Notes: generated by a model not told the origin, from the sequence alone. A DNA stretch of 64,000 nt from an uncultured Gammaproteobacteria bacterium (GCA_964500725.1 CAZCNP010000001.1:138950-202949), one strand, 5' to 3'; shown: positions 9,316 through 18,723, numbered from the stretch's first letter. Numbers and translations: made by a program.

Positions 9316-9642
9316 TTAAAGAATCCGAATCTGATCTTTTTGAATATAGTCTTTAAGTAATGGATTAATAGAGTTATATGTTAATAAATCCACCTTTTTA
9401 CCTACTGCTTTTTTCAAATCCATCTCCAGACCTATTAGATCAAGCAGACTACTGCCTCTGGGAAGCTCTACTAAAATATCAATATCACTACCCCTTGCTT
9501 GATCACCCCTGGCAAAAGAACCGAAAAGACTGCTTCTTTTTACCCTTGCTTGTTTAAGAATAGGCAGGATTTGATCTTTAAGCTTTTCTATACGCATCTG
9601 TAACTTAGTCATTAAATTTATTATACCATTTCCCCACAACAA
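9316..9642 (-). CDS. mntA: MntA-like nucleotidyltransferase antitoxin
   Basis: LFGSFARGDQARGSDIDILVE NTase motif; the true start is probably an internal Met (MTKLQ or MRIEKL). Confidence 0.7.
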   Translation of the reverse strand: MLWGNGIINLMTKLQMRIEKLKDQILPILKQARVKRSSLFGSFARGDQARGSDIDILVELPRGSSLLDLIGLEMDLKKAVGKKVDLLTYNSINPLLKDYIQKDQIRIL

Positions 9643-9840
9643 AGTACTCTAATTTGCAGAGATGTGCTATAATTCAGTTATTATATTTTATTCTATAAGC
9701 CTAGCTTGAAATTCTCGCTATACTCAAATTATAGGATAGCCTATGAGTACTAAAGAAGGTCTGTCACCCGGGTTACCAGACCAGAACCAAGAAAAAAACA
9801 GCGCTCCTTCCACAGAGACACCGTTACCAGATAACGTTAT
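9636..9840 (+). repeat. second copy of the promoter plus first ~100 nt of gene 3293, carrying a 36-bp insertion
   Basis: Near-identical to 3218-3375 (including TGcTATAAT at 9665-9673) but with an extra AGCCTAGCTTGAAATTCTCGCTATACTCAAAT inserted after TATA; the reading frame decays into a short junk ORF. Confidence 0.7.
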
Positions 9841-9846
9841 ATTAAA

Positions 9847-10059
9847 TTGCTTATTAAGTCAAGTAGGAAAAAAAAAGCAGCTATTTTTTTTGCAGCTGCT
9901 GGAACAGTAAACTCCAGTTTAACTGTCTCATCAGCTGGCTTAACATCATCAACTATCTCTTGTCCTGATGTAACTGTTCAACAAGCAGTAGGACCCTGGA
10001 TACAGGCTGTTGGTGATGTTCATTCAAACTCAGGGATAAATGCTGCTGGAGGACCATAA
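9847..10059 (+). pseudogene. 3'-terminal fragment of a paralogue of the 1053-aa surface protein
   Basis: About 150 nt are nearly identical to 8010-8160, encoding ...SSAGLTSSTISCPDVTVQQAVGPWIQAVGDVHSN.GINA.GGP*; only the last ~55 codons of a paralogue survive. Confidence 0.6.
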
Positions 10060-10100
10060 TAACAAATGAAAATGGAAAATGTAAAATTGATAATTTAATA

Positions 10101-10466
10101 TTATCTCTTCTTAATATTCTTTTGGGAACAGGACAGACAATATTGGGCTGAAGGTAAAGCTAAAAGTCTTTCTGTCTCAATCTGCTTACCACAATTATCA
10201 CATTTGCCATATGTGCCAATCTTGATCTTGGAAAGAGCAATTTTTATTATACTGTTCATTCTAATCAGTTGGGCTTTTATAACCTCAGATTTAGTATGTG
10301 TATCAGCAATGTATGAATCAGTCCCAGGCTCTGAAGATTCTGCCAAAGCAGGAGACTTGGCCGGATCATCTTCTTCTATATCTCTGATGCTTTGATCAAC
10401 CTCTTTTTTCTGCCTTTGCAGGTATTTATGAAGAAAATCCAGGGTTTGTTTAGGAAAATTTAACAT
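10101..10466 (-). CDS. DksA/TraR-family C4 zinc-finger protein
   Basis: C-terminal CDNCGKQIETERLLALPSAQYCLSC gives the C-x2-C...C-x2-C DksA/TraR finger. Confidence 0.6.
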   Translation of the reverse strand: MLNFPKQTLDFLHKYLQRQKKEVDQSIRDIEEDDPAKSPALAESSEPGTDSYIADTHTKSEVIKAQLIRMNSIIKIALSKIKIGTYGKCDNCGKQIETERLLALPSAQYCLSCSQKNIKKR

Positions 10467-11304
10467 TTGATTTTTTGAGTAATTTTTTTAGGTTTCTAAC
10501 TTTCCAGCTGATATTTGTTTTCTGATTATACCAGCTTTTACTTAAGTTTTGCATACTCAAAGATCTTAACACATTTTTTGCATGCGCCAGCGGATTTTGT
10601 CTGGTAACTTTATAAAAAATAGTCAGCCCTAACAGGACAAAAACAGCAGAAAAAAATGCCCCTGAATGATCTACCCTGAAAGGCTCAAGTATCAGCTTGA
10701 TAATACCTATATAAATAAATCCCAAACTGACAATCTTGCCTCTTTGATGAAAATGAATTGCCTGAGACCAGAGTAAACGCAAGGCTGCCAATAAAAATAA
10801 TGCCTCCACAATCTGGACAGGCCATCTCTTGCCTATGCTTCCCAGCATAGCAATTGAAAAAAATGCTTCTGAAGGAGCCCCAACGCCACACCCACCTAAA
10901 AAGCAACCAATGTTAGACAAAACTAATGCTCCTATTAAACCTACCGCGGCAATATCGGCAACTTGCCAAAAGTCCAAACGTTTATTTCTGGTAAGGAAAA
11001 ATAATGTCAGCCATCCCCCTAAAACTCCTCCCCAAAAAGAAAAACCCGGAAACTTATTAATTAAAATCAAATTCAAAGGTGAAGCCATAAATAATTGCAG
11101 ATGTGAAATTACAAAATATAATCTTGCTCCTGCAAGCCCTCCCAAAAAGGTTAGCAGAGTGAAATCTAAAATCTTTTCCTCATCCAGATCCCAAGCGCGG
11201 GCAAGTCTCCAAACCAAAAATATTCCCAGTAAAAACCCCAGCGCCAGAAAAACACCATATGATGAAACAGATAATTTGCCCACAGAGAAAAGCACTGGAA
11301 ACAT
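10450..11304 (-). CDS. lgt: prolipoprotein diacylglyceryl transferase
   Basis: Polytopic; GGLAGARLYFV (Lgt G..ARL signature) and FWGGVLGGW. Confidence 0.75.
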   Translation of the reverse strand: MFPVLFSVGKLSVSSYGVFLALGFLLGIFLVWRLARAWDLDEEKILDFTLLTFLGGLAGARLYFVISHLQLFMASPLNLILINKFPGFSFWGGVLGGWLTLFFLTRNKRLDFWQVADIAAVGLIGALVLSNIGCFLGGCGVGAPSEAFFSIAMLGSIGKRWPVQIVEALFLLAALRLLWSQAIHFHQRGKIVSLGFIYIGIIKLILEPFRVDHSGAFFSAVFVLLGLTIFYKVTRQNPLAHAKNVLRSLSMQNLSKSWYNQKTNISWKVRNLKKLLKKSNVKFS

Positions 11305-11370
11305 ATCGCTCTAGCCTACCACAAAGTCCACATTTGAATCAAATTGACAAAGGGGGTATACTGAATAGTT

Positions 11371-11814
11371 GTGACCGCTACCGCGCATGCATTAATAGGA
11401 GGAGCAATTGCTGCCTCTATTTCCAACCCTGCTGTTGGCATCCCGCTGGTTGCCATCTCCCATCCCCTGGTTGATATGATTCCCCACTGGGATTTTGGAC
11501 TGGGCTGGAAGAAAAAAAGTAAAACTTTACTTTTTTTACAATCTTTTGGAGATTTAGTCTTTGGAGTAGTTTTAACTTTTCTGCTTTTTGGCAATACAAC
11601 AGATAACCTTTATCTTCTGCTAGCTATCTTTATTTCTGAATCTTGGGATCTTTTACAAATGCCTTATTTACTGCTTAACTGGAAATTCTTTCCTTTTTCT
11701 GCCTTTTATAATTTTGGGCATTATACTAATGGTAAAGCCAAAATGCCTTGGGGAATCTTAACGCAGGCCGCCACAGTTGGCGGTTTAGTTTTAGTTTTGA
11801 GAATTTTCCACTAA
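11371..11814 (+). CDS. hypothetical small membrane protein
   Basis: 147-aa hydrophobic ORF; preferred over the antisense ORF 11316-11594, which is lysine-rich low complexity. Confidence 0.4.
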   Translation: MTATAHALIGGAIAASISNPAVGIPLVAISHPLVDMIPHWDFGLGWKKKSKTLLFLQSFGDLVFGVVLTFLLFGNTTDNLYLLLAIFISESWDLLQMPYLLLNWKFFPFSAFYNFGHYTNGKAKMPWGILTQAATVGGLVLVLRIFH

Positions 11815-12684
11815 ATCTTTTAAATACTTATCAAAATCTTCCCCAATTTCAGGGTGCTTTCTGGCTAAATCTACTACAGTTTTCATATATTCCAATTTAT
11901 TCCCAGTATCATAATATTTACCATTTTGCACCTCTACTGCATACAAAGGCACTCCTTCTTCTTTTAGCAAGTTTATAGCATCTACTAGCCAAATTTCTCC
12001 ACCTTTTCCTGGATCAAGCTTTTTTAAAGCGGCAAAAATTTCTGGAGGCAAAATATAGGCTCCATGGGTGGCTATATTTGAAGGGGCTTGATCTGGATCT
12101 GGTTTTTCTACAATTTTTTTAATTTTATAAACATTACCTTCTACCGGTTCTAAATCAGCTATGCCATATCTTTTTAAATCTTCCTTTTTTTCAATCTTTA
12201 CCCCAGAAATTACCATACCACCATATTTTTCATATACATCTATCATCTGTTTAAGCCTGGGGGGCTCTGCATAAATGAACTCATCACCCCAAATAACAGC
12301 AAATGGCTCATTACCTATAACTGGTTCTCCAGCCAAAACAGGGGTACCATTACCATAAGGGCCTTTTTGACGGATATAAATAAAGTTAGCCATATCAGCA
12401 ATACGATTTACTTGCTCAAGCATTTTTTCTTTTTGACCATTTACTAAATTCTGAACCAGATCCTGATTAGGAACATCAAAATGATCCTCAATTGCCCTTT
12501 TAGTAGAACCTGTCACAATAACAATATCTTCTATGCCTGAGGCTACTATCTCTTCTACTACATACTGAATAACAGGCTTATCAACAATAGGCAGCATTTC
12601 TTTGGGCATGGCCTTGGTTTGAGGAAGGAATCTGGTCCCAAATCCAGCTGCTGGTATCAAAGCTTTAGTGATTTTCTTTGCCAT
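11791..12684 (-). CDS. galU: UTP--glucose-1-phosphate uridylyltransferase
   Basis: KALIPAAGFGTRFLPQTKAMPKEMLPIVDKPVIQYVVEE N-terminus, length 297. Confidence 0.85.
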   Translation of the reverse strand: MAKKITKALIPAAGFGTRFLPQTKAMPKEMLPIVDKPVIQYVVEEIVASGIEDIVIVTGSTKRAIEDHFDVPNQDLVQNLVNGQKEKMLEQVNRIADMANFIYIRQKGPYGNGTPVLAGEPVIGNEPFAVIWGDEFIYAEPPRLKQMIDVYEKYGGMVISGVKIEKKEDLKRYGIADLEPVEGNVYKIKKIVEKPDPDQAPSNIATHGAYILPPEIFAALKKLDPGKGGEIWLVDAINLLKEEGVPLYAVEVQNGKYYDTGNKLEYMKTVVDLARKHPEIGEDFDKYLKDLVENSQN

Positions 12685-12702
12685 AACTTCAATTAGTATA
12701 TA

Positions 12703-13272
12703 CTATTTCACTCTTTCTATGTATTCTCCGCTTCTTGTATCTACTTTAACTTTCTCCCCAATATTCATAAACATAGGAACTTTGACTACCAAACCATTAT
12801 CTAAAACTGCTTCTTTAAAAACATTAGAAACAGTATTTCCCTTCTCCCCAGGTCCTGTCTCAGTAATAGAATAAACCAGGCTCATTGGCAGTTCCAAACC
12901 TAAAGCTTCTCCTTCTGACACAATTAGTATCAAATCTAACCCATCTCTTAAATATTTTGCTTGGTCCCCTATTACTTGAGAAGAGATAGTAAATTGTTCA
13001 AAAGATACAGGATCCATAAAATTAAATATATCTCCGTCTCGGTAAAGGAACTGGGCCTTTTTCTTTTCAACATTTGCCTCATCAACCCTGGCACCAGTAA
13101 TAAAGGTTCTTTCAATCACTGCTCCTGTTCTCACATTTTTGGTTTTCACCTTAATAGTCCCGCTTCCCCTGCCCATTTTGACATGTTCATAGGTTACAAC
13201 CAGCAAGATATTATTGCCCTCTTTAAAAAAGGTGCCATTTCTTAAATCTGTTACATTTAAAGCCATGCTCAA
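12703..13272 (-). CDS. efp: elongation factor P
   Basis: 189 aa; three-domain EF-P sequence with the KMGRGSG loop region. Confidence 0.9.
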   Translation of the reverse strand: MSMALNVTDLRNGTFFKEGNNILLVVTYEHVKMGRGSGTIKVKTKNVRTGAVIERTFITGARVDEANVEKKKAQFLYRDGDIFNFMDPVSFEQFTISSQVIGDQAKYLRDGLDLILIVSEGEALGLELPMSLVYSITETGPGEKGNTVSNVFKEAVLDNGLVVKVPMFMNIGEKVKVDTRSGEYIERVK

Positions 13273-13313
13273 GATTTTATCATAATTTCCCTTAACTTGT
13301 ATAATATTTATAA

Positions 13314-13676
13314 ATGCCGAGAGAAATTGATTTATTAAATTTAGGGAGCATTAACACAAGACAACATCATGCTATTACAAAACCCTGGTTTCGCAGTGTT
13401 GTAGTCGGAGGACCTTATGAAAACAGAACCGTAGCAGAGGCAGAAAAAGTGCTGATCTCATTAAATGAAGCAGACTTTAATATACCTCAAGCCAATGAAA
13501 CTGTTATTACTTCTTTAGAAATTGGTGATTCTTATGTACTAAAAGGCAGCGCTGATACTTTATTAATACACGGGGTAAACGATGGATTCCATGGATCTAA
13601 GTTGCTGGATCACCCTTTAAGAAATATAATTGCTGATAAGTTACTATCTCTTTTTAACCAAGCTGCATTTGAGTAG
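13314..13676 (+). CDS. hypothetical protein (uncertain)
   Basis: 120-aa ORF divergent from efp; its 3' end overlaps pepN by 66 nt on the opposite strand; no family recognised. Confidence 0.3.
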   Translation: MPREIDLLNLGSINTRQHHAITKPWFRSVVVGGPYENRTVAEAEKVLISLNEADFNIPQANETVITSLEIGDSYVLKGSADTLLIHGVNDGFHGSKLLDHPLRNIIADKLLSLFNQAAFE

Positions 13677-16126
13677 ATTTGCTCCAAAGCCTGGGCTATA
13701 GTTCTTTTTGCCTCAGGAACTGGATTTTTAGAAACAAACTTTTCTATATCTTTGGCATCTTCTAACTTGGTAAACTGGGCTGCTGGACCAAATACCCTGG
13801 TAAAGTAATGCCCCCCTGCATATCTTTCTTTTAATAATTGCCAATTCTCCTTCACAAATTCCCAGGCTAAATATCTTCCATGGGGATTTCCCCAAACTGA
13901 GGCTATAATTTGTAAGCTGTTTTGAAACCTTACATGTTTGGAAATAGAAAAATCGAGAGTTTTTTCCAACAAAGTTTTTGCAGGAAATAAACCTAAAGCC
14001 CTGCCTATTCTATCCTTTTCCTGCTGATTATCTTCTTTTTTATACATCTCAATTAAAGTATCAAATTCTCCTGTACCTCCATTTTCAGCAACCAGATTGT
14101 AAACAACCCCTCTTAAATCTGGATCAATATTTCCTTTTTTAAGTAGATCTTGGGCTTTTTTGATTGTTTCCCTATCCCCAAAAGAACCTAATTTATACAA
14201 AACCATCCCTCTTAACAGTCCATCAGTATGTCTTTCTTTTTCTTTTTTCTGCCAACCCATCTTACTTGCTATCAGTTGGTAAAGATCTCTGCCATAATCT
14301 TGGAACTGAGGATAAAAGGGCTCTAGAGCAAACAAACTATCCAACTGGCTTATATGCCCAGTCAGCTCTGCCCAAACTGTATAATCTTCTTCATTTTTAT
14401 AGTTTTGGGCAAATTCTAATGAAAGATCTGTCGCGACATTTCCAGACTGGGCTAAATCAAAAATATCTCTGATCAAACCTAGCCTATCAGGAGCAACTAA
14501 CTTCTTATTAGCTATAGAAGCTTTAAGCTTCTCTAAGTAATCTTTTTGATATTCAACTCTAACTAAAGAAGCCTCATCTGTATTTAATTTTTCCCCTTTA
14601 TTGGAAATCTCCAACCTCTTTTTGCTCATCAAAAATTGTTCTTTTCCAGCTTTTAGAGGAATACTCCAAATGGTCGTGTCATTAGTTTGTTTTTTAGATA
14701 TCGGAGAAGAAAAAAACCTAGACTGTGTCAATTGCAACCTGTTACCTGTGGCTTGTACTTTTATTAATGGGTGTCCTGGCTTACCAGTCCAGTTAGCCAT
14801 AATTTTTCCCACAGGCTTTTTGGAAACTTTTTCTAAAGCTGCCCACAAATCTTCTGTTTGGGCATTACTAAAGCTATGCTTTTTTAAGTAATGCTGCAAT
14901 CCCTTTTGAAAATCTTTCTCACCTAAATACTTCCACAGCATCCTTAAAACTGAGGCTCCTTTTGAATAACTAACCTTATCAAAAATTTCAGAAATCTCTG
15001 CTGGATGGCCAACTGGAACCTCAATTGGATGGGTATTTTTCAAGGCATCCAAAGAGAATGCTTCTCCCATCTCGTTTGCTATAAATTGAGTCCAGATATC
15101 CCATTGGGGGAAAATATTATCTATTGCCAAATATTCAATAAAAGAGGCAAAACCTTCATTTAACCAAAGGTGAGTCCACCACTCCATAGTTACTAAATTT
15201 CCAAACCACTGGTGGGCAAGCTCATGAGCAATAACCAAAGCCACCCATTGTTTATTAGCAGTTGAGGATCTTTCCTCATCAATTAGCAGGGTTGATTCTC
15301 TGTAAGTCACAGCTCCCCAATTTTCCATAGCCCCAGCAGCAAAATCCGGTATAGCTATCATGTCCAATACTGGTAAAGGATAATCTATACCAAAATAATC
15401 TTCATAAAAATCTAATACTTTTATTGCTACATCCAAAGCAAACTTGGCTTGGTTTTTCTTGCCAGGTGTAGTAAACACCCTTATCCCTTTCCGCTTTCCG
15501 CTTTCCCCTTGTATAAATTCAAATTCTCCGACAATAAATGCCAGAAGATAGGTAGACATTTTAGGAGTTGGGGCAAATTCAATTAATTTATATCCACTTT
15601 CATGTTCTGAAATATTTTCTTCAATGGTATTAGAAATAGCTGTAGTATGTTTTGGAACCAGCAAGCTTACATCAAATACAGCTTTATGAGCTGGTTCATC
15701 AAAACAAGGAAAAGCCCTTCTTGCATCTGTTGATTCAAACTGAGTTGTTGCCAAATGTTTTGCTTGTCCATTGTTATCATATTTACTCCTATAAAAACCT
15801 CTCATCTTATCATTTAGAACACCTTTAAAAATAAGTTTTAACTCACCCTTACCTATCTGGACTTGTTTAGGAAAAGTAAAAGTAGCAGTTTCGCTCTTCT
15901 TATCGTAAGAAATTTTCCCTGCCCAAGTTTCTTTTCCTTGGTGGATAAATTCTGCTGATTCTATTTCTAAATCAACTGAATGGAGAGTAATTTCTTGAGT
16001 GGGTTTATCTATCAAAAGGTAAATTGTTTCTTCACCAGTAAAAGTAAATTCATCTAAATTAGGCCTTAGTAAAATTTTATACCTTTCAGGCTTTATATAA
16101 GCTGGAAGTCTGTGTGGATTTCTCAT
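13610..16126 (-). CDS. pepN: M1-family aminopeptidase N
   Basis: GAMENWGAVTY exopeptidase motif and HELAHQWFGNLVT...E zinc-binding HEXXH-(18)-E; 838 aa. Confidence 0.9.
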   Translation of the reverse strand: MRNPHRLPAYIKPERYKILLRPNLDEFTFTGEETIYLLIDKPTQEITLHSVDLEIESAEFIHQGKETWAGKISYDKKSETATFTFPKQVQIGKGELKLIFKGVLNDKMRGFYRSKYDNNGQAKHLATTQFESTDARRAFPCFDEPAHKAVFDVSLLVPKHTTAISNTIEENISEHESGYKLIEFAPTPKMSTYLLAFIVGEFEFIQGESGKRKGIRVFTTPGKKNQAKFALDVAIKVLDFYEDYFGIDYPLPVLDMIAIPDFAAGAMENWGAVTYRESTLLIDEERSSTANKQWVALVIAHELAHQWFGNLVTMEWWTHLWLNEGFASFIEYLAIDNIFPQWDIWTQFIANEMGEAFSLDALKNTHPIEVPVGHPAEISEIFDKVSYSKGASVLRMLWKYLGEKDFQKGLQHYLKKHSFSNAQTEDLWAALEKVSKKPVGKIMANWTGKPGHPLIKVQATGNRLQLTQSRFFSSPISKKQTNDTTIWSIPLKAGKEQFLMSKKRLEISNKGEKLNTDEASLVRVEYQKDYLEKLKASIANKKLVAPDRLGLIRDIFDLAQSGNVATDLSLEFAQNYKNEEDYTVWAELTGHISQLDSLFALEPFYPQFQDYGRDLYQLIASKMGWQKKEKERHTDGLLRGMVLYKLGSFGDRETIKKAQDLLKKGNIDPDLRGVVYNLVAENGGTGEFDTLIEMYKKEDNQQEKDRIGRALGLFPAKTLLEKTLDFSISKHVRFQNSLQIIASVWGNPHGRYLAWEFVKENWQLLKERYAGGHYFTRVFGPAAQFTKLEDAKDIEKFVSKNPVPEAKRTIAQALEQIYSNAAWLKRDSNLSAIIFLKG

Positions 16127-16166
16127 TCTGTGAGTTTATCTCAAAAATTGGTATAATTCAATGTAC

Positions 16167-16250
16167 GCCGGGGTGGTGGAACAGCAGACACGTATCTCTC
16201 AAAAAGATATGAGCCAAAAGCTCGTGAGGGTGCAAATCCCTCTCCCGGTA
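16167..16250 (+). tRNA. tRNA-Leu (anticodon CAA), class II with long variable arm
   Basis: Hand-folded. Acceptor GCCGGGG pairs with TCCCGGT (2 GU). Anticodon stem TATCT/AGATA with loop CTCAAAA (U33, CAA, A37). Variable arm GAGC-CAAAA-GCTC. T-arm GAGGG-TGCAAAT-CCCTC. Discriminator A; CCA not encoded. The D-loop lacks the canonical GG. Confidence 0.55.
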
Positions 16251-16276
16251 CTCCAGGTATAATTATCTTAATTTAC

Positions 16277-16717
16277 CTAAAAATTAGCACATTTTTTATC
16301 AATACACTTGCATCCCTTTACCTCTATAAACCCACAAGTACTACTAACACCTAGTTCTTGACACCTTTTTTGAACCACATCAGGATGGGTTATTAGAGTA
16401 TTTTTATTGGCACAGCTTGGATTATAACCACAACAACTAGTAAAGTTTTTTACCTCACAATCATCATCTTTTTCGCAACTGTAATCTGGTTCAATAGATA
16501 CCATAGAATACTGCGTCCTTGTGGATCTAAAAGCGGAATTATCGTCTGTAATATTTATATTCTTAGAAGATTGAGATGCATTGGTCTGTTTGAGAATATT
16601 TACTTTCGTATCCTCTTTAACTTTTTTAAAATAGAAGGCACTCCCAACTATTAAAATAGATATAAGTAGAATCACTAAAATAAAAAATATCGATGAAGAC
16701 CCTCTTTGTTTATTCAC
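16277..16717 (-). CDS. small secreted/anchored Cys-rich protein
   Basis: N-terminal TM or signal anchor, then a domain with 10 Cys (CEKDDDCE...SCCGYNPSC...CGFIEVKGCKCIDKKC). Confidence 0.5.
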   Translation of the reverse strand: MNKQRGSSSIFFILVILLISILIVGSAFYFKKVKEDTKVNILKQTNASQSSKNINITDDNSAFRSTRTQYSMVSIEPDYSCEKDDDCEVKNFTSCCGYNPSCANKNTLITHPDVVQKRCQELGVSSTCGFIEVKGCKCIDKKCANF

Positions 16718-16801
16718 TTATTTAGTGTACTACATTTGAAGATAACGACGTATTTGAAAAATAGTTGACTCTTCCCCTTTATTTCTGTTACAAACATTAG
16801 G

Positions 16802-17359
16802 ATGAAAATAATAGGTTTAGTTGGAGAAAAGGGTTCTGGCAAACAGACCTTTGTTAACTTTTTAAAACAGATTGCCCCTAACTTAAATATCAGACAAGTC
16901 AGATTTTCAGATATTTTGGCTCAAACTTTGTTGATCTGGGATATTCCTATCACCAGACCTAACCTACAAAAACTCTCCTTAGTAATGAATGAGGCTTTTG
17001 GACAAGGGTCTTTGGCTAATGCTGCTAAATTTTCTATTGAAGGAGATACTGCTGATATAACTATCTTTGATGGAATAAGAAGAGAGGCAGAACTAAAACT
17101 TGTTAAATCTATGAAAAATAGCACCATAATCTATATAACAGCCCAGCAGGATTTAAGATATAAAAGATTAAAAGCAAGAAGTGAGAAAGTTGGAGAAACA
17201 GGTTTAACTTTTGAACAATTTTTAACAGAAGAAAATTCTAAAGCAGAGGGAAATATTGTTAATTTAGGCAAAAAAGCAGATATAAAAATTGAAAATAATG
17301 GTAGTTTAGAAGAGTTTAAAAAGAAAATTGAAGCCTTTGTAAAATCTAATAACTTTTAA
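16802..17359 (+). CDS. P-loop nucleotide/nucleoside kinase-like protein
   Basis: Walker A GLVGEKGSGKQT at the N-terminus; 185 aa, the size of dNMP or dephospho-CoA kinases. Confidence 0.5.
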   Translation: MKIIGLVGEKGSGKQTFVNFLKQIAPNLNIRQVRFSDILAQTLLIWDIPITRPNLQKLSLVMNEAFGQGSLANAAKFSIEGDTADITIFDGIRREAELKLVKSMKNSTIIYITAQQDLRYKRLKARSEKVGETGLTFEQFLTEENSKAEGNIVNLGKKADIKIENNGSLEEFKKKIEAFVKSNNF

Positions 17360-18714
17360 GCAGCTGCTTTGGGAGATTCTGTTTTTTCTGCTGGTTTACT
17401 TCTAGCTTTTTCCATTCCATAAAATCTAGTCCTATCCCCTCTAAACATCAAATCTATCTCCCCTGTTGAACCATTCCTGTGTTTTTGAATATCCAGTTTA
17501 ACCTGCTCTGGATGTTCAGCATCTTCCCTCCAGATAAACATAACTACATCCGCATCCTGCTCAATTGCCCCTGACTCCCTTAAATCAGCAAGCTGAGGCT
17601 TTCTTGTTCCTCTTTGCTCAACAGCCCTGGAAAGTTGGGAAATTGCCAGAACTGGAACTTTTAACTCCCTGGCTAAGTTTTTTAAATTCTGGGAAATTTC
17701 TGAAACTTCTTGAACCCTATTTTCTAGGTTTCTTCCCTTAACAAGCTGCAAATAATCCACTATCAAAAACCTTAACCCATGCTCTACCTGCAGCCTTCTG
17801 GCTTTTGTCCTCATCTCAGAAATAGTAATTCCTGGAGTATCATCAATATAAATAGGCGCCTCAGCCAACTCACCCATGGCCAAGGAAAGTTTGTCAAAAT
17901 CCTTCTCATCTAAGCGTCCTGTTTTTAATTTCCAAGCATCTATATCTGCCTGTCCCACCAGCAACCTGTCTACTAACTCCTCCTGGCTCATTTCCAAAGA
18001 AAAAATTCCCACTGGCAGCCCTGCATTAACTGCTACATATTGGGCTATGTTTAAGGCCATAGAAGTTTTTCCCTGACCTGGACGAGAGGCTAAAATTATT
18101 AAATTAGAATCCTGCATACCAGCCAGTTTAGAATCCAAATCTCTAAAACCAGTAGGTACCCCTCGAAGCTTTCCAGAGGATTTTTGCAGCTCATCTAACC
18201 TATCAAAGGATTCTGTTAAAGCATCTTTAATGGGCCTAAAATCTCTGCTGACATGATCTTGAGAAATAGCAAAGATGCCTGCTTCAGCATTCTCCAGTAA
18301 TTGTTCAACTGGCTCTGTTTCATCATAAGCTTTTTGGATTAAGGCTGTAGCTTGGGAAATCAAATTTCTTCTAACAGCATGGTCACGAATAATCTTGGCA
18401 TAATGTTCAATATGGGCTGAGGTAGGAACAACATTCACCAGTGAGGCAAGATAAGCAGATCCTCCAACTTTATCATATGCGCTTTTTCTTTTTAGTTCCT
18501 CTGTTACAGTCACCAAATCTATTGGCTCACGCCTGTCAAATAAATCTTGAATTGCCTCAAAGATAGAACCATGCTGTTCAGATCTATAAAAGTTGCCGGG
18601 GTGTAAAATTTCTGAGATTCTAACGATGGCATCTTTATCAATTAAAAGAGCCCCCAAAAGGGATTGCTCTGCTTCTATATTTTGTGGGGGCAGCTTTGTA
18701 ATAGGTTGCGGCAT
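17356..18714 (-). CDS. dnaB: replicative DNA helicase
   Basis: N-terminal NIEAEQSLLGALL; Walker A SRPGQGKTSMALNIA; RecA-like C-terminal domain. Confidence 0.9.
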   Translation of the reverse strand: MPQPITKLPPQNIEAEQSLLGALLIDKDAIVRISEILHPGNFYRSEQHGSIFEAIQDLFDRREPIDLVTVTEELKRKSAYDKVGGSAYLASLVNVVPTSAHIEHYAKIIRDHAVRRNLISQATALIQKAYDETEPVEQLLENAEAGIFAISQDHVSRDFRPIKDALTESFDRLDELQKSSGKLRGVPTGFRDLDSKLAGMQDSNLIILASRPGQGKTSMALNIAQYVAVNAGLPVGIFSLEMSQEELVDRLLVGQADIDAWKLKTGRLDEKDFDKLSLAMGELAEAPIYIDDTPGITISEMRTKARRLQVEHGLRFLIVDYLQLVKGRNLENRVQEVSEISQNLKNLARELKVPVLAISQLSRAVEQRGTRKPQLADLRESGAIEQDADVVMFIWREDAEHPEQVKLDIQKHRNGSTGEIDLMFRGDRTRFYGMEKARSKPAEKTESPKAAA

Positions 18715-18723
18715 TCTACACTC

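Noticed and set aside
9742-9909. Short ORF starting MSTKEGLSPGLPDQNQEKNSAPSTETPLPDNVIL...
   Set aside because: It is the duplicated 5' end of gene 3293 running into unrelated sequence and a stop. Interpreted as a gene remnant, not a functional small protein.
16167-16250. Alternative that the tRNA-like sequence lies on the minus strand
   Set aside because: The reverse complement gives no acceptor/T-arm pairing, whereas the plus strand folds into a full class II cloverleaf.
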